The notes under the pieces: generated by a model
Databases searched by the model: none
The model's input: the letters and a program-made list of their open reading frames with translations, nothing else
What the model was told of the DNA's origin: nothing
Assembly (NCBI GenBank): GCA_002794465.1
Contig: MTSL01000115.1
Coordinates: 2,066-20,617, forward strand
Source of the DNA: Paramicrosporidium saccamoebae KSL3
Taxonomy: Eukaryota; Fungi; Cryptomycota
Reading direction: 5' to 3'
DNA: 18,552 bases
Program-made: the position numbers and the translations under genes
In this document: in pieces, positions 10,407-18,246 of the stretch
How positions within the stretch are numbered: the stretch's first letter is position 1
Layout: every line of letters starts with the position of its first letter

Positions 10407-10600
10407 TCAGTGCTCGGGTTTATTAGCCTTGGCGTTTTTCAGTCGGACTTCGGCGTCAATAGCTCTATCTATACAAAATTACGCCAGCAGACACATTGGA
10501 TACAATAACCAGAGGTTTGGTAAAGGTACTCCATTCCAACACCTGCCACCAGACCTACAGCGAAACAAACAACCAGTGGACGCCTCCAAAAAGCTGTCAT
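10407..10600 (-). CDS. 52-aa single-pass membrane microprotein, possibly UPF0640/SMIM4 (UQCC5)-like; 2 exons, intron 10469-10503
   Basis: Removing a 35-nt GTATCC...TATAG intron gives MTAFWRRPLVVCFAVGLVAGVGMEYLYQTSGYYRAIDAEVRLKNAKANKPEH* (159 nt). One hydrophobic segment is followed by GxGME....GYY. The family call is from memory only. Confidence 0.6.
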
Positions 10601-10796
10601 TGTGCACAGCAGTGTGCAATGAGCCGGGGATTCAAACAGTAGAATGTTAGTGTATCTGAGTATATGCCGGTTGGAGCTAATCAATATCCGCCTACGATTG
10701 GCGGCCTATGAAGACACCACATAACAAAGAGGTACTCTCGCTCACTAATAGGCTGTAATTTACCTCACATCTCACGTACCCGCTTTATTTGACATT

Positions 10797-11534
10797 TTAG
10801 AGACTCTTTAAAAAGTCACAGGCTCGCTGGAATGCGAGATCGGCAGAGGTCTTGTTAAACACTTCGGGACGCGTTTCATTCATAAAGGCATGATCCGCAT
10901 CATAGTGATAGGCATGATACTTTACTCCATGCTGCACAAGGGTTTCCTCCAATTTCGCAGCAGTCTACAAGTGAAAGGGACCGTGTGCACGAGTACTTCA
11001 GGATCGGAGAATCCTTTTGAATGGTCGTGTCGTCCGAAATGTAGCTGCAAGGGACATTTAGCGTCTTTTGGATCACAGACTGTTTTTGGCGGAACGCCAT
11101 AGAAGCAGACGCCTACTTTGTTATGGCCAATTGGTCTGTGCTACCTCCATTGAGGTTAGAAACACGACAGGCCGCAGCAATGGTTAGCGCACCTCCCAGA
11201 CAGAATCCCAGAACCGCTACCTTTTTCACTCCGCTCGCTCTAAGGTACTCGACAGCGCTCTGCACATCCGTCATGGCCGTGTCCCAGTTCAAGTCGGACA
11301 TTAGATGACTCGCTTCGTCGGTAGTTGTGGCTACCGTTCCACGATACAGGTCAGGAGCGAGGGCAGTGAATCCGGCCGAGGCAAAGCGCTCAGAAATGTT
11401 CTTCATGTGCTGGTTGAGTCCCCACCATTCCTGGAGCACTAAACCTCATGAGAGCCAAAACAAATACCGATCACGGCAGTACAGCCAGACCCGGCCAGGA
11501 ATCCGGGACACCCATTAAACGATATCATTGACAT
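10797..11534 (-). CDS. Dienelactone hydrolase family (carboxymethylenebutenolidase), 214 aa; 4 exons, introns 11439-11467, 11113-11144, 10965-10996
   Basis: VLQEWWGLN, APDLYRG, nucleophile elbow GFCLGG, FYGVP and DHAFMNE. Three GT-AG introns (29, 32, 32 nt) give a continuous 645-nt frame. Confidence 0.9.
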
Positions 11535-11774
11535 TACTGTGAGAACCAACGGATAGCAAACCAGGGATTGTAATAAAAGGTCATTGCTTGAATCTGTGAG
11601 ACAATATATAAGGCCAGGGATTCCAATAAAGGGTCTTGTAGCTAATCTCCTAGAACCTTCAAGAATAGATTAACTAACTCTTACAAATAATTATTGTCTA
11701 CAATAGTCCATAATGACCAGACGAAGCGCTACAACGCAAATTATGACCCTGACTACTCTATGGGCGCGAACAGC

Positions 11775-11828
11775 ATGACCAGGACCATGCGACCAGGGAT
11801 TATACATCGCACCTACCGGGGACGATGA
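11775..11828 (+). promoter_or_regulatory. Conserved upstream cassette / putative uORF (MTRTMRPGIIHRTYRGR*) whose stop overlaps the start of gene A (ATGA)
   Basis: The core GGACCATGCGACCAGGGATT...GGACGATGAAA recurs before all four paralogues (also 13187-13244, 14351-14401, 16006-16061; core more diverged before D). Confidence 0.5.
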
Positions 11829-12940
11829 AACTATCACTCTCGTTCGTTTTGTTTTATGCTTCGCTAGTCGCTGCATCGGGACTCGACAACTGGAATCAAA
11901 TTAAGGAGGCGGTTACTGAAATAGAATATAGCAGTATAGCTTTGACGCCTAGTAATGGTCCGTTGGCTGACAACAGCTTTTCGCAGTCTCTGGAGCAAAG
12001 CGCACCAGACGAAAGCAAAAGTCACGGATATACAAATCTATCGTTGGATATGAGTCTGTTTCCTAGCAGTAGCTTTACCGGATACCCTGAAAACAGACCG
12101 CCCCGACGATCTCTGAATGTCAAAAACAGACGTGGGAAAATGCCACGAGAGCAAGACAAGAGAAGTCAGTTCGACACAGATTTCCCAGTATTTAGCGACA
12201 CTAATAGCTTTTTGACAGCTCCACCCGCATTTGATAGTCAGTCATATCTTTCCCAGCAAACAGTGCCTACTGGCCCCCATGCCGGGTTTGAAAATGTATC
12301 AGGGGAGTCATCTGACATGACATGGGATTTCACATGGAGCTCTCCGTCTACGAGTACTCCAACTTGGGAATCTCCGTATACGAGTACTACCACCACTACA
12401 AATACTCCATATACGAGTACTACCACCACTGCAAACACTCCATATACGAGTACTGCCACCACTACAAACACTCCATATACGAGCACTACCACCGCTACAA
12501 ACGCTGTGACCGGGACAGTTTTGGAAATGGAAGAGGAGGAGCAGGCTGCATCTAAAGACGATCAGTGGCTTTGCAGAAAAAAGGCTGAAGAGGATCGAAT
12601 GGCCAAGGCTGCCGCAGAAAGGAGAAAAAGCGAGTTTGCTAAGAAACTAAAGAGCTGCGCAAAGAGCAAAAGACAACAAGAACGGCACAATCCCAAAGAT
12701 GAGGAAGAGAGGATCCTGGCGCGTCAGGAGGAAAAAGAACAGGCAATGGCTCTTGCAAAGCACATTGCCACAGTCTTAGGGATATCAGATGAACGAAAGC
12801 TGGCAAAGCATCTTGCCCTGTTTAGTCCCGTTCTTGCATATAAAGGGATCAGCGTGGCGAGTTGTAGGGCTCATCCAGAAAACGTTTTACTTGCCATAGA
12901 GGCTCTCCAAGAATGGGGTGTCGATATTTACAAGTTTTAG
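11825..12940 (+). CDS. Secreted repeat-family protein A (signal peptide, degenerate basic motif, Thr-rich repeats, conserved C-terminal HIAT..G..E..L domain)
   Basis: 371-aa ORF starting MKLSLSFVLFYASLVAA-S; clearly paralogous to B, C and D at the N-terminus, the FPVFSDT..TGPHAGF block and the C-terminal domain. Confidence 0.85.
   Translation: MKLSLSFVLFYASLVAASGLDNWNQIKEAVTEIEYSSIALTPSNGPLADNSFSQSLEQSAPDESKSHGYTNLSLDMSLFPSSSFTGYPENRPPRRSLNVKNRRGKMPREQDKRSQFDTDFPVFSDTNSFLTAPPAFDSQSYLSQQTVPTGPHAGFENVSGESSDMTWDFTWSSPSTSTPTWESPYTSTTTTTNTPYTSTTTTANTPYTSTATTTNTPYTSTTTATNAVTGTVLEMEEEEQAASKDDQWLCRKKAEEDRMAKAAAERRKSEFAKKLKSCAKSKRQQERHNPKDEEERILARQEEKEQAMALAKHIATVLGISDERKLAKHLALFSPVLAYKGISVASCRAHPENVLLAIEALQEWGVDIYKF
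12371..12502 (+). repeat. Coding tandem repeat, 33 nt x4 (TPYTSTTTTTN-like)
   Basis: Units start at 12371, 12404, 12437 and 12470. Confidence 0.92.
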
Positions 12941-13238
12941 CAAATCGGCTACTGGATTCATAACGCGTACTATGTTTGACACTAATCATTAATAGTGTTG
13001 ATGCCTGGGAAATGACATGCATACGTGCCAGAGATTCTAATAAATGGTTATATTATAACACTAGATCAATTGGCCCTTACAAACAATCATTGTCTGCAGC
13101 AGCCAAATGTCTATTGATAGGATACACAGGAAAATGAGGCGCTGCAAAGCCAATTACGGCTCGGACCACTCTATGTGGCGGACAGCATGGCTAGGACCAT
13201 GCGACCAGGGATTGTACACATCTTACCTAACTAGGACG

Positions 13239-13985
13239 ATGAAACTATTGCTCTCGTTCATTATTCTCTATGCTTCCTTAATCGCTGCATCGTGGTTCGA
13301 TATGGGACTATTTGGTGAAAAGCTCCACCGAATGCTAAACGGTATGTCAGAAACAGAGGGTGACGGTACTGGTAAGGGAGGTTCGCCCTGTGGCAACAGC
13401 CTCGATGAAGGCCCGGAAAATAGTAGGCCTCTGGGATCCTTGAATGCCAAACGCAAACGTGAGGATGAGCCACAAGAGCAAAATAAAAGAGGCCGGTTTG
13501 GCTCGGCTTTTCCAGTATTTAGTGACACTGGCAGCTTTTCGCCGACTACATCTGCGTTTGATAATCAGCCGTGTTTCTCCCAGCCACCTGTGCTTACTGG
13601 TCTCCATGCTGGATTTGAGACTGCATCAGGCGTGCCATTTAACATGACAGAATCTGCCGCGCCTACAGATACTATATCGCGGAGACCTCCGTCTAGGAGT
13701 ATTAACACTACTACAAGCACCGCAGCCAAGATGACTATAGAAGTTTTTGAAGAGAAATTACAAGCAGAGCAAGACAAGGACAGGCTCCTTGCAGCCTACA
13801 TTGCCACAGTCCCAGGGCTGACAGATGAGCAAAGGCTGATGACCATCATTGCTTTGTATGGGCTTCCTTTTGCAGCACATGGGATCAACACTGCGAGTTC
13901 TATGGCTCACCCAAATGAGCGTGAGCGTGCCATAGAGATTCTTCGGCAGTGGGGTTTTGACACTTCCAAGTTTCAAAGAGTATAA
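13239..13985 (+). CDS. Secreted repeat-family protein B (248 aa; signal peptide, bipartite NLS-like motif, C-terminal domain)
   Basis: Start placed at the GGACGATGAAA shared by all paralogues (MKLLLSFIILYASLIAA-S); KRKREDEPQEQNKRGRF; YIATVPGLTDEQRL. The track's upstream extension lacks signal-peptide character. Confidence 0.85.
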   Translation: MKLLLSFIILYASLIAASWFDMGLFGEKLHRMLNGMSETEGDGTGKGGSPCGNSLDEGPENSRPLGSLNAKRKREDEPQEQNKRGRFGSAFPVFSDTGSFSPTTSAFDNQPCFSQPPVLTGLHAGFETASGVPFNMTESAAPTDTISRRPPSRSINTTTSTAAKMTIEVFEEKLQAEQDKDRLLAAYIATVPGLTDEQRLMTIIALYGLPFAAHGINTASSMAHPNERERAIEILRQWGFDTSKFQRV

Positions 13986-14395
13986 TAGACTGGTGACTGA
14001 TTGCGCAATACATGCTAATTATTGATACCTGAGAGATGGTATCTCTACGCCCCAGGGACTCTAATAAAGGGTTTGTTAAACAGCATTCACTTATTATTGA
14101 TGAGTTTGGCCCAAATAGCGGTCCCACAGCCCAATTTGGTTGTAATAAGAATGGCTACCTATAAAGAAGCCAGATACTTTAATAAAACGAGTTCACCCAT
14201 CAACAGGGTTACAATTAAACTTAAAGTCCCCCAGATCTAAATCAATCAACCCTTACAAATAATCAATGTCTATAATGACCCATGTTACGATTGACCAGAT
14301 GAATCACTACAGCGCAAACTTTGGGCCTTGCCGCAACAATGCAGATAGTGGGACCATGCGACCAGGGATTGCGTAAATTTTACCTACCTGGGACG

Positions 14396-15763
14396 ATGAA
14401 ATTACCGCTCTCGTTCGCCGTTCTCTATGCTTCTCTAGCCGCTGCAGCGAGATTCAACAATTGGGATGACGTTCGTGAAGAACTTGCCAAAATTCACGGC
14501 GGAGCCTTAGAAGGCGACAGTACCGGAACTGGAACTTTGCCGTTCAATCTGGAAATCGAACGTTGCGGCTGTACGCCTCCAGCGCCCCGTAGCAGTCCGC
14601 TTGTATACGGCAGCTTTAGTAATGGACTGCCCCAGCGGGTTTTGAATGGTAAAAACAGACGCAAGAAGAGGTCGCAGAAGCAACAAGTACCTGACGAAAG
14701 CAAACAGGGCGATTATTTAACGCTATCGCTCACTGGTATCAACTTTGCTGGACTTTCAGAAAATAGATCATCACAACGATCTCGGAGTATCAAACGCAAA
14801 CGAGAGGATCAATCGCAGGAGCAAAACTTACCAAACGAAAGCGGACATTACGGATATACAGCTTTATTGCACAATAATGTTCTGTTCCCTAACAACAGCA
14901 TTGGTAATGAGCTGCCTCGGCGATATCTAAAAGTCAAACGTAGACATGCGGAAATGCTACTGAAGCAAAAAGTACCAGATGAATGCGAACCTTGCGAATA
15001 CATAACTTTATCACTCAACGAGAGTCCGTTCCAATTCAACAACTTTGATGAAAGTCTTGAAACTAGACCGCCTCTGCGATCCCTAAATGCCAAACGCAAA
15101 CGCGAGGACGAGCCACAAGAACAAAACAAAAGAGGGCGATTTGGCCCAGCTACTTCAGTATTTAGTGACACTGGCAGCCTTTTGCCGACTCTGCCTGCAA
15201 CTGAACATCAGTTGTGTTTCTCCCAGCAATCTGTGCTTACTGGTCTCCAGGCTGGATTTGAAATTGCACCTGACGTACCATCGCACATTGCAGGATCCAT
15301 CACATCTACAACCACTGCAACCCAAAATTTTTTGGGAGTAAGCAAGGAGGGACAGGCTATATTTGAAGAAACGCAATGGTTTGGCGAAAAAAACGCCGAG
15401 GGGAAGCAAATAGCCAAGGACGCCCCAGTGAGGAGGAAAAGTACTCTTGCTGAGCAGCGAAAAGAAATTAGGGAGAGAGAAAGACAACGAAAACTTTTTG
15501 GGCTTCGGAAACAAGATGACGCCAAAAATGGGAAACTAAAGGCGGAGCAGATCAAGGCTTCTGCAAATCACATTGCCACAATCCCAGGGCTATCAAATGA
15601 GCAAAGACTGATGGAACTCTTTCCCATGTTCAAGTCCATTTTTGAAGCTCAAGGAATCAGCATAGAAGGTTGTATAGCCCATCAAGAAGATTTTGAATGT
15701 GCGATAGCAACTCTAGAGCTATTGGGTATCGAGACCTACATGTTTCGAGGCGTAGTAATCTAA
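14396..15763 (+). CDS. Secreted repeat-family protein C (455 aa; signal peptide, four basic modules, C-terminal domain)
   Basis: MKLPLSFAVLYASLAAA-A; four 47-52 aa modules starting at 14633, 14774, 14918 and 15074; HIATIPGLSNEQRL. Confidence 0.85.
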   Translation: MKLPLSFAVLYASLAAAARFNNWDDVREELAKIHGGALEGDSTGTGTLPFNLEIERCGCTPPAPRSSPLVYGSFSNGLPQRVLNGKNRRKKRSQKQQVPDESKQGDYLTLSLTGINFAGLSENRSSQRSRSIKRKREDQSQEQNLPNESGHYGYTALLHNNVLFPNNSIGNELPRRYLKVKRRHAEMLLKQKVPDECEPCEYITLSLNESPFQFNNFDESLETRPPLRSLNAKRKREDEPQEQNKRGRFGPATSVFSDTGSLLPTLPATEHQLCFSQQSVLTGLQAGFEIAPDVPSHIAGSITSTTTATQNFLGVSKEGQAIFEETQWFGEKNAEGKQIAKDAPVRRKSTLAEQRKEIRERERQRKLFGLRKQDDAKNGKLKAEQIKASANHIATIPGLSNEQRLMELFPMFKSIFEAQGISIEGCIAHQEDFECAIATLELLGIETYMFRGVVI

Positions 15764-16055
15764 TAAATTGATTACTGATTCTGCATTCGCACTATGGTTG
15801 ATGACGATGGGCCAGGGTTCCCATAAAAGATCATTACAAATTTCATACACTCTAAAAGCTAGCACAAGTTAACCCTCTCAAGCAACCATTGTCCACCATA
15901 GCTCCTATTCCTAGAGGCTTATTCACAGTACACACTGATAAAACATCAACACGACGTAAATTATAAATCTTATCATTAAGACTCGGACAGCATGGCCCGG
16001 ACAACATGGCAAGGACGATATGGCCAGGGATTGCGGAATCTCCCCAACTCGGACG

Positions 16056-17804
16056 ATGAAACTGTCTCTCTCATTCATTGCCTTCTACGCGTCTTTCGTC
16101 GCTGCATCGTGGTCTTCTGAACGGGACGAATTTTCCAAAAAGTTTGATGAGAGCTTTAACAGCAGAGTTAGCCAAATTCGGAGCAGAGTTATGCAAGAAG
16201 TAGGGGCAGCAAGAGATGCAAATTCCGGCCGTATGAACTCATCGTTCGACCCGTTTGCTGGAAATGACTTTCTTGGAGGCTTTGGAGCATCTGAAGATAT
16301 TACGCCTTTACAGTCTCTGAATGGCAAACGCAAACGTGAAAGCGAGCCACAGGAACCAAACAAAAAAGGTCGGCTCGACTCGGCTTTTGCAGGATTCGAT
16401 GACGACTTTTTCAAAAGAGATATTGGCAGCTCTTTGAAGATTCCATCCGCTCCCCGAGACACAATGAAGCCTACGGACCTTCACTCTGGATTTAGAGCTA
16501 CATCGAGAATGGCTTCTGAAGTGTCGGGGTCCCCTGCAATGGCAGGATCTTCTGGAATGGCAGGTTTTTATGAAACAACAGGGCCTTCTGGCATGGCGGG
16601 ATTTTCTGGAATGTCCGGGTCTTCTGGCACGGCAAAATCCGCTACACCTACGACATGGCCCTCGATATCTACAGATACTACGCCATGGAGATCCACAACC
16701 ACTAGTTCTCTTACTAATCCTACGACATGGCCCCCGATATCTACAGATACTACGCCATGGAGATCCACGACTACTAGTTCCCTTACTAATCCTACGACAT
16801 GGCCCTCGATATCTACAGATACTACGCCGTGGAGATCCACAACTACTAGTTCTCTTACTAATCCTACGACATGGCCCCCGATATCTACAGATACTACGCC
16901 ATGGAGATCCACAACTACTAGTTCTCTTACTAATCCTACACCATGGAAATCCACAATTACTCCTACACAATGGGGCTCTGAACCTGCAACCAATACATCC
17001 GTAAACACGGCAAGCAATATTTCATGGAGATCTGCACCTACAACCGCTGTGAGCAACCCTCTTGCGAGCAAGACGAACCAGAGAGTGAACGAAGAGGCAA
17101 AAATTGCTGAAGAGGTCAGACAAAAAAAAATTGAGCTTGCTAAAGAAGAACAAATCCGCCAAACAAAGGCCGAAGAAGCTGGACGGAAACAAGCTGCACT
17201 TGCGGAGCAGCAAAAAGTATCTGAAGAGAACGAGAGACAGCGAAGAGTGGCTGAAGAGAATGAGATACAGCGAATAGTGACTGAAGAGAACGAGAGACAG
17301 CAAAAAAGGATCAAAGAGAACGAGAGACAGCGAAGAATGACTGAAGAGAATGAGAGGCAGCGAAGAATGGCTGAAGAGAATGAGAGACAGCGAAGAGTGG
17401 CTGACGAGAATGAGAGACAGCAAAAAATGATCAAAGAGAACGAGAGGCAGCGAAAGATTGTCGAACAGCAAAAGACTGCTAAGCGTCAGAAACAGATCGA
17501 CGCCGAAAATGAGAAAAAGTCACTTCAGGCATTTCAGAAGGAGCAAGCTAGCGACGAGTTACCAGAAGGAGTAGATGAGGACGAGCAACAGGAAGAGGTC
17601 AGCGCCATTGAGAACTACATTGCCACATCTGCAGGGCAATCAAACGAGCAAAGACTGAGTACAGCCATTGCCATGATCCAGCCCCTTCTCGAAGCTCAAG
17701 GGATTAGTATAGAGGATTGCTTGACTAATCCAAGCAGTCGTGAGAATGCCATAGCGATTCTTCACAAATTCGGCATCCCTATTCCCGAATTTCAGCACAT
17801 ATAA
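16056..17804 (+). CDS. Secreted repeat-family protein D (582 aa; signal peptide, bipartite NLS-like motif, Thr/Trp repeats, E/R/Q helical repeats, C-terminal domain)
   Basis: MKLSLSFIAFYASFVAA-S; KRKRESEPQEPNKKGRL; YIATSAGQSNEQRL; AATAAA at 17811. Confidence 0.87.
   Translation: MKLSLSFIAFYASFVAASWSSERDEFSKKFDESFNSRVSQIRSRVMQEVGAARDANSGRMNSSFDPFAGNDFLGGFGASEDITPLQSLNGKRKRESEPQEPNKKGRLDSAFAGFDDDFFKRDIGSSLKIPSAPRDTMKPTDLHSGFRATSRMASEVSGSPAMAGSSGMAGFYETTGPSGMAGFSGMSGSSGTAKSATPTTWPSISTDTTPWRSTTTSSLTNPTTWPPISTDTTPWRSTTTSSLTNPTTWPSISTDTTPWRSTTTSSLTNPTTWPPISTDTTPWRSTTTSSLTNPTPWKSTITPTQWGSEPATNTSVNTASNISWRSAPTTAVSNPLASKTNQRVNEEAKIAEEVRQKKIELAKEEQIRQTKAEEAGRKQAALAEQQKVSEENERQRRVAEENEIQRIVTEENERQQKRIKENERQRRMTEENERQRRMAEENERQRRVADENERQQKMIKENERQRKIVEQQKTAKRQKQIDAENEKKSLQAFQKEQASDELPEGVDEDEQQEEVSAIENYIATSAGQSNEQRLSTAIAMIQPLLEAQGISIEDCLTNPSSRENAIAILHKFGIPIPEFQHI
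16647..16961 (+). repeat. Coding tandem repeat, 72 nt x4 plus a partial unit (PTTWP[S/P]ISTDTTPWRSTTTSSLTN)
   Basis: Units start at 16647, 16719, 16791, 16863 and (partial) 16935; S and P alternate between units. Confidence 0.93.
17221..17460 (+). repeat. Coding tandem repeat, 30 nt x8 (EENERQRRxx)
   Basis: Units every 30 nt from 17221; the caaaaaa..a-tcaaagagaa variant recurs after 120 nt (a 4-unit higher-order duplication). Confidence 0.92.
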
Positions 17805-17974
17805 TACCCTAATAAACCGACTAAACTTGCCGCCTTTTATTGACGACTGTGAGGTCTATAGCAGAGACCCTTTGCTCTTGGTCTCTATATAGTTCGTACA
17901 TGTAATCTCCCACAGAGGCCCTCTGGTCTATATGTATATCCTCTCATATCGATCCCGTCTCTCAGCACAGCCCC

Positions 17975-18183
17975 ATTGTCGCGTAGTAGGGTAGGATGAT
18001 ATTACGGACTTTGTGAGGCGGGAAAGGGGGGATCTGTTTACTACTAATCCTATAATAGTATGGATACACATCTCACTGTTCTAAAATACCCAACAAAACG
18101 ATCCACTCTAGCACACAAATACCCAACTAATCAATCCTCTGCTTCTGCCTCTACCTCTACGTCACAGGATTACAGCATTAGCA
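17975..18183 (+). repeat. Dispersed ~210-bp repeat, candidate solo LTR or non-autonomous element
   Basis: Homologous to 6724-6910 (-). Shared sequence begins at (AT)TGTCGCG and ends at ATTAGCA, giving TG...CA termini. No target-site duplication seen. Confidence 0.8.
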
Positions 18184-18246
18184 CTCGGTCGGGTTTTTGA
18201 AGCCAATTTTAACACTATATTTACTATGTATGTACAGAATGCGTCA

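Noticed and set aside
13214-13234. GTACAC...CTAACTAG as a 21-nt 5'UTR intron before gene B
   Set aside because: Shorter than all supported introns, and the GT/AG pair is absent at the equivalent positions in A, C and D.
13107-16055. Longer N-termini for paralogues B, C and D given by the ORF track (13107, 14321, 16020)
   Set aside because: The signal peptide and the shared GGACGATGAAA context define the later ATGs; the extensions are not conserved in length.
16308-17471. Long overlapping antisense and alternative-frame ORFs over gene D, and a CRISPR-like reading of its regular repeats
   Set aside because: They are by-products of in-frame coding repeats. There are no unique spacers or cas genes, and the context is eukaryotic.
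133-18166. TGTGACG/CGTCACA (CRE- or Homol-D-like) at 133, 2088, 6741, 7987 and 18160, all non-coding
   Set aside because: About two hits are expected by chance and two of the five belong to the same dispersed repeat, so enrichment is not demonstrated.
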